DNA of 63,492 bases, filler included, from Octopus bimaculoides (lineage: Eukaryota), in NCBI RefSeq assembly GCF_001194135.2. It is 4 parts of 4 records of this genome, joined end to end, with 100 filler letters (N's around TTAATTAATTAA, not from the genome) between each part and the next. Parts side by side here need not be neighbours in the genome. Positions count along the whole stretch, not along the records: positions 37,778 to 58,641 come from NC_068981.1; positions 58,742 to 63,492 come from NC_069004.1; 2 more parts are not named here. One strand, 5' to 3'. Under the pieces are notes generated by a model, which was given only the letters and a program-made list of their open reading frames with translations, did not search any database and had not been told where the DNA came from. Shown here in pieces: positions 53,744 to 63,492 of this stretch. Each line of letters starts with the position of its first letter. Positions within the stretch are counted from its first letter, which is position 1. The translations under genes and the position numbers were made by a program.

Positions 53744-53951
53744 CATTATTATTATTTAGAGAATTCAAGCTGGCCGCAAATCAAGTAGGAAGGCTTTCTT
53801 GTTTCATTTATGACAGGTGTTGAGGGTTTGCATTCGTATGAATTGGTTGATATACATGTTTGTTCTCTTAGATAACTTGTATTTGTGCGGTGGATATTCG
53901 TTTCACCTTGGTATACAAGTATCTGTTTATGCATTTTAGTACACAAGTACA

Positions 53952-53990
53952 TAGGTGCAGGAGTGGCTGTGTGGTAAGAAGCATGATTAC
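53952..53990 (+). mobile_element. SINE family A head, interrupted by the ORF1-only element
   Basis: AGGTGCAGGAGTGGCTGTGTGGTAAGAAGCATGATTAC; SINE-like sequence resumes weakly after 55966 (AGAAGCGTTGCTTCC GGTTTCCCAGGATTCA). Confidence 0.75.
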
Positions 53991-55965
53991 GGTATAGCGT
54001 TTTGTTTAGTTCGACTACTGTCTTTGTGAATAACACACGTGCGTTTTTAGTTGTCTTGGCAGTGCAACGTTTTCCTTCTTGTTTAATGGAGGGGCGTCGA
54101 ACAAGAGACTGGAAACAGTTTAGGTGTTCTTCCCTGGAATATGATTCATCTGAGGAGGAATTGGTTGAGTCCTTGAACAAGACGGACAAGAAAATAGAGA
54201 AGAAGAATTAGGCAGTGGCGGCGAGAGTAGAAAATATTGAAGAAATAAACCCGGAAGAGCTGAGCAAGTTCAAGGAAATACTTAAAAGGGAGGGTATGAC
54301 GTGAAAGTGTTCCGACCCCAAAAGAAGTGTTAAAGGATAAGGAAGAGAGAACGATTGTTCACAGGTCATACGCGGTGGCAACAAGAAAAATAGAAGTAGT
54401 GTCGGTGGCACAAGTTGAAAAGGCGTTGAGGCCAGTCTGGCAAGAAATATCCTACCTTGACAGGGGAAGAATGTACGGAACGGTGGAAGTGCGGTTTCGG
54501 AGATAGCTACCGCCAGACTGCACTCAGCCACACCATTAAAATCGAGGAAGTGGTACTTCTACCTATATACCTTGGGAGACGTGCTTCCATGGTTAGGGTA
54601 GAAGACATACCACCAGAAGTGAATGTAGCCTGGCTGGTTGCTGCCATACTGCTAGACATGGAAGAAAAGGTGGTGCTGCTGTAGACCACAAGAACACCCT
54701 ACAGAAACTGGCTAGACTTAGGCGGTGAGCTGGCAGGAACGTTAGCACGCCGGGCGAAATCCTTAGTGGTATTTCATCTGCCGTTACGTCTGAGTTCAAA
54801 TTCCGCCGAGGTCAACTTTGCCTTTCATCCTTTCGGGGTCGATAAATTAAGTACCAATTACGTTTGTCTGTCCTTGTTTGTCCCCTCTGTGTGTAGTCCC
54901 TTGTAGGGAGTAAAGAAATAAGAAACTGGCTAGGACAGAGTCTGGACATGGTGGTACTGATTAACCCAGAAGATATTGAAAGTATGGTGGAAACAATCAC
55001 GATCGCAGACGTGACGCTGAAAGTCAGAGTGGAAGGGAGGATTCGGTGGTGCTATAAATGTGACCCGAAAGGTCACATTAGAGTGGATTGTCCTCAACAA
55101 CCTGTGAAGGCTAAGGAAAAGCAAGACCCGAAGAAAGTAGTTGACAGTCCACTGCCCGTGAAGGCTGAGAAGAAGCGTGAGATTGAAGCGGCACTACAGA
55201 CGAAAACAATTAATAGCGTTGAGGAAGAGGAGGTGAACACCAGTTGGGAAACGGCAGGAAAAAAGAGAAGGAAGTGGAGAAAGAAGACAGACGTGGTAAA
55301 GGACGACCCCAAACCCACAGCCACCCGGCTCCCACCCACACTCACTCTACCCCAACGACTCCCTACAGACACCAACCCTTCCTATGCCCTGTCTGACATA
55401 AACAAAAGCGAAAACACACAGGAGCCTCAAATCTCCCGACCCCAGCCTTTAGATAAATTCGTAATATTATATAACAGGAAAAAGGAAGAACTTCGCATTG
55501 AGATAAAGACATGGAACAAAGCGATAGAAGTGGACGTAACAAGAGTAGGGGAGTTGTCCGAGGACGTTTGTTGTGCAGTGGTAGGCCCGGAATAACTCTC
55601 GAGATTAACGAATTACGAGGAAGAAATTGATTTTTACTGGTGGATTACGAAAATCGACACCAGGAAAATACCGAAAAGGGTAAGTTATGATTATACTTTA
55701 AAGGAACATGACATAGACATTTTCCAAAAAGTGGAAACTAGCAGTGACAAAAGTACTATCAATATTAATATAAATTAATGTCTTTTTTTTTCTTAAAGAG
55801 AAAAAATGGGCTGTGTTAACACGTTAAATGAAGTCGCTCGGAGGTGGGACCCAATGGCTTCAATTCATCTTTCATTATACTTAAATTCATTCTATACATT
55901 GTTTTTTTCCCCCACCTTGCGCTGTCTCCTCGATGTAAGGCCTTCATGGCCAATTTCATTAAAAA
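53991..55965 (+). mobile_element. Non-autonomous ORF1/Gag-only retroelement (RRM-like region plus CCHC knuckle), no ORF2
   Basis: Broken ORF from ~54086 to ~55778: EYDSSEEELVESLN...PKEVLKDKEERTIVHR...GRMYGTVEVRF...CYKCDPKGHIRVDC. About 190 bp of 3'UTR ends ATGTAAGGCCTTCATGGCC...ATTAAAAAG. No APE or RT motifs before the right TSD. Confidence 0.8.
54716..54920 (+). mobile_element. SINE family B inserted in the ORF1-only element, 13-bp TSD
   Basis: AGAAACTGGCTAG at 54703-54715 and 54921-54933; removing the SINE restores the frame ...RNWLGQSLDMVVLINP. Confidence 0.92.
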
Positions 55966-56019
55966 GAGAAGCGTTGCTTCCGGTTTCCCAGGATTCATTT
56001 GGATTGTTAGTTTTGTGAT

Positions 56020-56155
56020 ACTTAGTTTATCAATCCGGAAAGATTGAAAGGTAAAGTCGACCCGGTGGAATCTGAACTCAGCACGTTTAAGGCGGACGGA
56101 ATGCAGCTAAGCATTTTGTCCAGCGGGCTAATGATTCTGCCAGATTGCCGTCACC
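56020..56155 (-). mobile_element. SINE family B fragment
   Basis: GAAAGGTAAAGTCGACCCGGTGGAATCTGAACTCAG...CTAATGATTCTGCCAG. Confidence 0.75.
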
Positions 56156-57398
56156 ATCGAAATTAACATTCACTAGAAGTCTCTAGAATGTGGCAAAGTG
56201 TAATATTATTAATAGCTGGGTCACTAATCTCACTTCTTTTTTTATCATAGCAACTAAAAAAGACAAAAGTATGAACACAATAGATTGGAATAGTTAGCAT
56301 TTAACAGGTCAGTGAATAGACATTTGCGTTTACTCATTTTAGCATCCAAACGTAAAACCACAGTATACAATAAAAAAATAACACAATCTATGAAGCCATC
56401 TTACATAAGTTGTATCCTGAGAAAACAAAAGGACGAGTTGTTTAGGTCTCGAACACTATAATATCATTACTTGGGAAATATTGACAATGGAGTTGGAAAT
56501 TGTAGACTTCCAAACAAAATAAGGGGTTCCTATATTGAAATTGTAACAAAAATGTACGTGATACCAAAGATAAAACTAGAACACACTCACTCACACACAC
56601 GCAGATAAATAGATGCCGAGGCCATAAACGATTTTCCACTTTCTTTGTGTATGTTAAAGTGTTTTGTTTGGTTACTGCTAAAATAAGGTCCGAGAATGGC
56701 CGCTCTAATGGCGCTTTGAATTAATGCAGAAACACGTTTTCTCAACTTGTCTCTTCTATCCAACGAAAAAGAAATAACATAGATTCTCTTTTCTGTAATG
56801 GCTTTAAAATACTGAAAACTTGATGCAACCTTGATACTATGAGTGCTTGTCATTCAAGGTAGACTGCAACTATCACTTGAAATTCGTGGACATTCTTTTG
56901 AAGAAGAATACAATTTATCTCGTATAGTATTTAGTATATCTTTCTTCTTCATGTCCTAATATATTTTACTCATTCCTCGCTGTTAATTCACAGCTCATTT
57001 TTCCTGTAATTGTATTCCTCTGTGTGTATGTGTGTGACAGAGAGACAGAGAGAGAGTATGTTTGTGTGTTCGTGAATATGAGTCTCAGAGAGTATATATA
57101 CAAAACAATGATTCTTTCAAAATTAATTCCATTTCCTTTTTCCATACAGAATTTTTGTCAAAGACTGAAAAAGTTCTGTAAAAGAAACAAACGAAACTAA
57201 TTTTCTAAGAGAGATTTCTTTATTTCTTTATTCATTTATTTAGAGTTTACACAAACACACGCGCAGTTGGATGGATGGATGGATGGATGGATGGATGGAT
57301 GGATGGATGGATGGATGGATGGGATGGATGGATGTATACATGCATATACACACACACACGCATACATATATACATACATATATATATATATATATATG

Positions 57399-57434
<36 letters not shown>

Positions 57435-58576
57435 TACCGGAATTAGAACCCTTCGAGAAGGACCTTTTTGATATATATATATATATATATTCTTACAATG
57501 ATTTTATTCATTGCACAAAAACTACCGTTTCGATTGATAAGATTGACGGTAATTCACGAGATATAACCGGACGTCAATAGAAACACTATATCAACCTCAA
57601 TATTATTTACGAAGCCAGTACCTGAGAACCAAAGATCTGATTCAGTTGAAGTTATGCTTAAAGGCACCAGTTTAACATAAACAACTGGATTTAATCTATT
57701 ATACAAATCGCCACCCATATTGCATCTATAGCTTCAAGCAACTAGTAGTTAAAAAAAATGAGATTAAATTCCAGCAAAAATTTTGCAAACAAAATTCTAC
57801 AAATCTTCAAACACAAACCACTGAATGAGACTTGTATTAAAATACAAATCAAACTTTCGATATCTGTATTTAAATCTATGCTCTAATGAACGCTAAGAAA
57901 AACGTTTGAACCATCACAATGGTATTTGTCAATACAGAAAAAATGGATTTACCTCGTCTCATTTCTTACCTCATAATTGTTTGCTCAAGATATTTTACAC
58001 ATTTACCAGCCTCCTTCTCTCTTCATACCACAACTACTACTACTACTATTTTCTGTCCAACATATCAAATGAGCTCTGAAGCTGTTTCCTGACATGAGCA
58101 AAGAATGCACAATTACAACACAGCACCTAATTTGTAGGCACTTTGCTGCACCCACACGAAGGAACCCAAGTAGTTACATGCAATATTTCGGAAAAATTAG
58201 TAATATACAATGCGATGGGGCCTACATCAACATAACCCTCAAATTCTTCATTGCATTTTCCTTTTAAAAATTATGCAATACATATATATGTACATATAGA
58301 TGTGTGTATGCGTGCCTCTGTGGTATATATATATATAACTTGTTAATATAAACAAATAGTTTGAAGCGATGTGTTAATTTGTTCATGATGTTTCACAAGA
58401 TCATTGACTGCTGTTAACATAAGATGTCTTATATTTAGTTCAAACAACAAATTAATACAAGGCATTAGTAAAAATGCACGGCGTATCACACACCTTGATT
58501 ATATCCGCACATTCATATGCATTATAATGTTATAGGTTTTTTTTTACGTATTATTATAAATACTAATATCATCATG

Positions 58577-58611
<35 letters not shown>

Positions 58612-59019
58612 ATATATGTGTGTGTGTGTGTGTGTGTGTGCNNNNNNNNNNNNNNNNNNNNNNNNNNNNNNNNNNNNNNNNNNNNTTAATTAATTAANNN
58701 NNNNNNNNNNNNNNNNNNNNNNNNNNNNNNNNNNNNNNNNNGAGGATTCAATCAAAATACATTTTTACCTATTCCATTCCTTAATTTGAGGATTTTTATT
58801 TGCATACCAGGCAACCCTGGTTACCAACCGTGAACTATAAAAGAATTGTTTTCAGCTTATCGTACCTCGAAACAAGAAAAATTCCCAACCTTCCGCACCA
58901 ATAAATTACTATTGTTCCTGAAAATTGTTTCTTATATTTTCTACGGATTGCTTGAAACTCATTTCAAGCAATCAAGCAATCATTTATTTCCTACACCGTG
59001 ATCCTTGGATCTTACCTCT

Positions 59020-59070
<51 letters not shown>

Positions 59071-59337
59071 TGAATAACAATTTCTGTCTGTCTGTCAGTC
59101 TGTAACCACCTTAGTTCCTAAACCAGCAAACCAATATTCACGAAACTTTGCATACATGTTATACTAACATCCAATTCAATAATAGGCTAATTGGATTTCA
59201 ATAAAAATTTATAATGTGCTCCCCAAGAGCGTTGGGCGAATTATATGATAAAATGAGAAGGTTGCAAAAAGTATTAGTCAGAGGAAAAGGTAGTAGCAGA
59301 GAGAGAGTGACTTACATCAGTCAAGGCGAAAACAGCG

Positions 59338-59689
59338 ATGGAAAGAGGAAAGCAGAATAAGGAAACGCATGAGGAGGGGGAAACGTCGTTAAGGCTCTAT
59401 TTTCTGACGGTCATAGCAGTAATGTTGATTTTCTCATTAGGATATGATTTTGGTGCGACGTCAGGCGCTGTGCTTCTCATCAAAGAAACAATGCAACTTT
59501 CATCAATAAGACAACAGTTGATAATTTCTGCGCCATTACCTGTGGCTTCCATTATGAGCTTAATTGGGTCTCATATTAGCAACAAATTTGGCCGAAAAAA
59601 ATCTGTTATGGCGAGTAGTATTTTCTATTTAGCTGGCGCTAACCAATATATGTTGCTGTTCGGACGATGTCTGGTTGGTTTTGGATTCG
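59338..59689 (+). CDS. SLC2A13: First coding exon (TM1-TM4) of an HMIT-like sugar porter (MFS), copy 1; carries an in-frame 21-bp deletion, possibly a pseudo-exon
   Basis: Translation has LGYDFGATSGAVLLIKETMQLSSIRQQLIIS...FGRKK...LLFGRCLVGFGFG, matching sugar-porter motifs (GYDxG, GRK/R loop, GRxxxG) and the HMIT N-terminus. The exon ends in phase 1 at G|GTAAG (59689|59690). It lacks IISASAV relative to copy 2. Confidence 0.8.
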
Positions 59690-60140
59690 GTAAGAGGAAA
59701 CAATATTTTTATTCTTGATCTCAATTTGCCATGAGATACTCCCAACAATAACATTTCTTCTAAAACTTTCTGTATATATTTGATTATTTTATTGTGAAAC
59801 ACGACCAGAATTTTGCGCACGAAATATGTGCACGGATTCACAAAATCTTGCATCTTTCAAAACATCACCCTTTTTTTATTAGTATTTTAAAGCGTTCCAA
59901 CCAAGGCTGAAGTGTCGGTAAAGGTAACAATTACTGGGCTCCTATCCACTCCAAAAAAAGTGTGTGTTATATGACGTAAATCATTAAATTTTATAATTAC
60001 ACATATATTGATTTTAAAATGATCGATTCAGATTTAACAACGAACTTGCACAGCCAATTCTGTTTCTAAGCACAAGATTTTAGATTTGGTAGGCGGAAAC
60101 TGAAAGCAGCCGTATGTATGTATGTATGTATGTATTATGT

Positions 60141-60522
60141 GTGGAGGCGCAATGGCCCAGTGGTTAGGGCAGCGGACTCGCGGTCATAGGATCGCGGTTT
60201 CGATTCCCAGACCGGGCGTTGTAAGTGTTTATTGAGCGAAAACACCTAAAAGCTCCACGAGGCTCCGGCAGGGGATGGTAGCGAACCTTGCTGTACTCTT
60301 TCACCACAACTTTCTCTCACTCTTACTTCTTGTTTCTGTTGTGCCTGTAATTCAAAGGGTCAGCCTTGTCACACTGTGTCACGCTGAATATCCCCGAGAA
60401 CTACGTTAAGGGTACACGTGTCTGTGGAGTGCTCAGCCACTTACACGTTAATTTCACGAGCAGGCTGTTCCGTTGATCGGATCAACTGGAACCCTCGTCG
60501 TCGTAAGCGACGGAGTGCCAAC
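60141..60522 (+). mobile_element. tRNA-derived SINE family D, full length, 12-bp TSD
   Basis: GGCGCAATGGCCCAGTGGTTAGGGCAGCG...GTTTCGATTCCC head; TSD TATGTATTATGT at 60129-60140 and 60523-60534; sits in the microsatellite of an older family A remnant (60085-60115). Confidence 0.9.
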
Positions 60523-60659
60523 TATGTATTATGTATGTATGTATATGTATTTATGTATGTATGTATGTATTCTCTTTCTCCTAATTTTGAGTAAATTTTG
60601 GCCGACCACGGATTTCGTAGCAAGGCAGTGAAGAGAAGTATCTTGATTTAACCGTCAGC

Positions 60660-61088
60660 TTTTAAATTTTTAATAAGGTCTTGCAGATTTTTATAGTCCC
60701 ACATATCGTGGTCATTTGTAGCTTATGAATTAAGGGTTTGCAATGTCCCCCCAGGATTCCAAGTTCATCCATTCTTTTGCTCCAGACGGGTCGATATGTA
60801 TCCTGTTGCTCCAATAATAATGCGTATGAAACTGAAAGTGCATTTTGGGTACTGGATATGCAAACTCCTTATCAATTGTCCATAGATGTCCTCTTTCTCT
60901 TGTATTTTTCTAACCACATTCGCCTCTAGGGGGGAACAACTGATCTCCAAAACTGATCATATCTTTTTTTTTTTTTTTTTTTGTGNNNNNNNNNNNNNNN
61001 NNNNNNNNNNNNNNNNNNNNNNNNNNNNNNNNNNNNNNNNNNNNNNNNNNNNNNNNNNNNNNNNNNNNNNNNNNNNNNNNNNNNNNNN

Positions 61089-61131
<43 letters not shown>

Positions 61132-61500
61132 ATCCTGTTCCAGATCGTTCTGCCCACTGTATCATATCTCATGGAATGATAATATCTGGAAGACATTCTC
61201 TCACAGTTGGCAATAATGTGGTTGATGTCTTCAATTTTGGTCTTGCACAGCCTACATTTGTTGTCTGTGAACGTTTTCTGCCTTTTATGTTATAGACATA
61301 TTTTGTAGTTGATAGTTTTAGGGACATATTTCATGGCTTTTTCTTTCTTTTTCGTTCTAATTCCTAAGCAGTTAAGTTGTAAAGGAGGAGGGAATAGAGA
61401 GAGAATGTTCTTATATGAAAATTCGATATTACCAGGGTAGATATGCTTTGCAGGAACGTCCTTTGGTGTAATTACATTCAATATAATTGTCACCAACAAG
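60660..61500 (-). mobile_element. RLE-type non-LTR fragment (same family as 14240-14800), split by an N gap
   Basis: CKTKIEDINHIIANCERMSSRYYHSMRYDTVGRTIWN and MEISCSPLEANVVRKIQEKEDIYGQLIRSL...IRIIIGATGY. Confidence 0.8.
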
Positions 61501-62816
61501 GCTACGAGCCCGCTTTTGTTCTTCTCAGAAACAGATATGAATTCCTGCCTGCCAATTCTTGTTATTTTATCTTTCGTGGTTAGTTCCTTCTTCTTTTTAA
61601 TTCCGCCTCAGCACTTGCTGTCATTTATCGTTAAAAGTTTTAGAAAAGCAACAGCCTCTGTCGAAACACATTGTTTGCACTGGCTGGAAATATCTCATTA
61701 ACGAGAAAAGAATTTCTTTACAGACAAATTTGATGATCCAGTATATTTAAGCCTTAACTTAGACATCTTTTATTCTGTATATAGGCGGTGCCCAAGCATG
61801 GCCTCAGTCTAATGACTGGAACAAGTAAAAGATAATATATATATATATGTATATGTNNNNNNNNNNNNNNNNNNNNNNNNNNNNNNNNNNNNNNNNNNNN
61901 NNNNNNNNNNNNNNNNNNNNNNNNNNNNNNNNNNNNNNNNNNNNNNNNNNNNNNNATATATATATTACGGAGATGTACTTGCATAGCAAGTGACCTGATC
62001 TGAGATCGTGTGCTGGAACGAAAACAATTGCAACGTGGAAGGTGTTTATAAGCCATTTAAAATAACACACAAAATCCGTTAGATTCACTTCAACATTTAA
62101 ATTTAATTTGTCAAAATATTTTCGTCGCTTTGAGACCGCGACCTGTTCGCTGACAAAATTCTGACAAAAATAACCTTATTCAGATTATATAGACTCAAAA
62201 AATTAGAGGAGAGAAGGTATTATGTTACTAGTCCGACAACTGTTTCTAGGCGCTCGGAGTTACTTCATAATATTGTCAGATGTTGTTCACTAAATTGTAG
62301 GAAAAATTCAGCCTCCTTCTTTAGAGTGGACTGAAAAGAGTCTAACGTATCAGATCATTATGCAGGAAAATTTAAAGACAGATTGTGTGTAGTAGAAGGT
62401 AAGCAAGTAGTTTATCGGGAGGAGATGGGTGTCTCGATGGGAATATGGAGAGTGTTGGAGCAAAGGCTTCCCATTTTGCTTCCACTACACGCATTCTACC
62501 TTTAAATTTGCTCCAGACAGCATATTTATGCAATGCCCTATGTTATTAAACCACGTCATAAACGAAATTACGCAGTTCATAAAACTATTTCAACGGTCAC
62601 ACTCGAATAAACTCACTTGAAAGGTATTGCTATAACCGTATAGTTATATAACCTATAGTTGTATAACCTATAGTTGTATATCACTACCAATGAAATATCT
62701 CATATACTTTTCATTTCCTGGTCTTTTTTGAAATATTGTATCGAATTTTAGTTTACATAATTTTTATTACTACATTTTGTTTTCGAACAGTAAACACGTT
62801 ATAATTTCAATCGGAT

Positions 62817-63213
62817 ATGGCCGAAAATCAAACCAAAGGCATGTTTAATGTAAATCAGAATAAGGAAATGCTTGAGGAGAGAAAAACGTCGTTAAGACTC
62901 TATTTTCTGGCAGTCCTAGTAGTAATGTCGCTTTTCTCAATGGGATGTGATTTTGGTGCAACGTCAGGCGCTGTGCATCTCGTCAAAGAAACCATGCAAC
63001 TTTCATCAATTTGGCAAGAGATGATTATATCTGGACCTTTCCCCGTGGCCGCAATTATGTGCGTTGTTGGATTTCATATTAGCAACAATTTTGGCCGAAG
63101 AAAAACTGTTATGGCGAGTAGCATTTCCTATTTAGCTGGCGCTATTATTTCAGCAAGTGCCGTCAACCAATATATGCTGCTGTTTGGACGATGTCTGGTT
63201 GGTTTTGGATTCG
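62817..63213 (+). CDS. SLC2A13: First coding exon (TM1-TM4) of an HMIT-like sugar porter, copy 2 (frame intact)
   Basis: MAENQ...GCDFGATSGAVHLVKETMQLSSIWQEMIISG...FGRRK...LLFGRCLVGFGFG; phase-1 donor G|GTAAG at 63213|63214; possible 5'UTR acceptor TTTTGTTTTCGAACAG ending at 62790. Confidence 0.85.
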
Positions 63214-63492
63214 GTAAGAGGAAACAATATTTTTATTCTTGATCTCAATTTGCCATCAGATTTTCCCACGAGTAACATTTTTTCTTGAACTCTCTGTATG
63301 TATTTGATTATTTTATTGTGAAACGCATCTGAATTCTATGCACGAAATATGTGCACAGATGCACAAGAACATGCGCCTTTCTATCACTCTTCTTTATATT
63401 CAGGAAGACCACTTTTATGCAGACGTCTTGAGCGTAGGGCCCCCTTCTCTCCTTCATTTTCTACAATGTTCTTCGATCTATCTGGTAGACTT

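Noticed and set aside
60141-60215. tRNA gene interpretation of the SINE heads
   Set aside because: A/B boxes are present but the acceptor stems do not close, and the heads continue into SINE bodies found in multiple copies.

Overview
This is AT-rich, microsatellite-dense animal genomic DNA with many N gaps. The SINE families and repeat landscape suggest a cephalopod (Octopus-like) draft assembly; this is an inference. The only host gene I can recognise is a proton/myo-inositol cotransporter-like sugar porter (SLC2A13/HMIT-like). It appears as two tandem paralogous copies of the first coding exon (59338-59689 and 62817-63213), each ending at a phase-1 GTAAG donor. The rest is mostly decayed mobile DNA: at least four tRNA-derived SINE families, an RTE LINE, three RLE-type (R4/NeSL-like) LINE fragments, Penelope-like GIY-YIG remnants with hammerhead-ribozyme motifs, a near full-length Tc1, a maT-like element, a mariner derivative and a hAT MITE. 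The most notable observation is two divergent ORF1/Gag-only retroelements (20901-21775 on the minus strand, 53991-55965 on the plus strand). Both sit at the same ~16-bp site (AAGAAGCTTGCTTCCC) inside the tRNA-like head of one SINE family, with target-site duplications, and their 3' tail resembles that of a second SINE family. Other oddities are three tandem C2H2 fingers at the RTE C-terminus, a head-to-head TTAGGG/CCCTAA foldback beside a Penelope remnant, a ~1.7-kb CA/TG foldback and a pre-miRNA-like hairpin. All alignments were done by eye.
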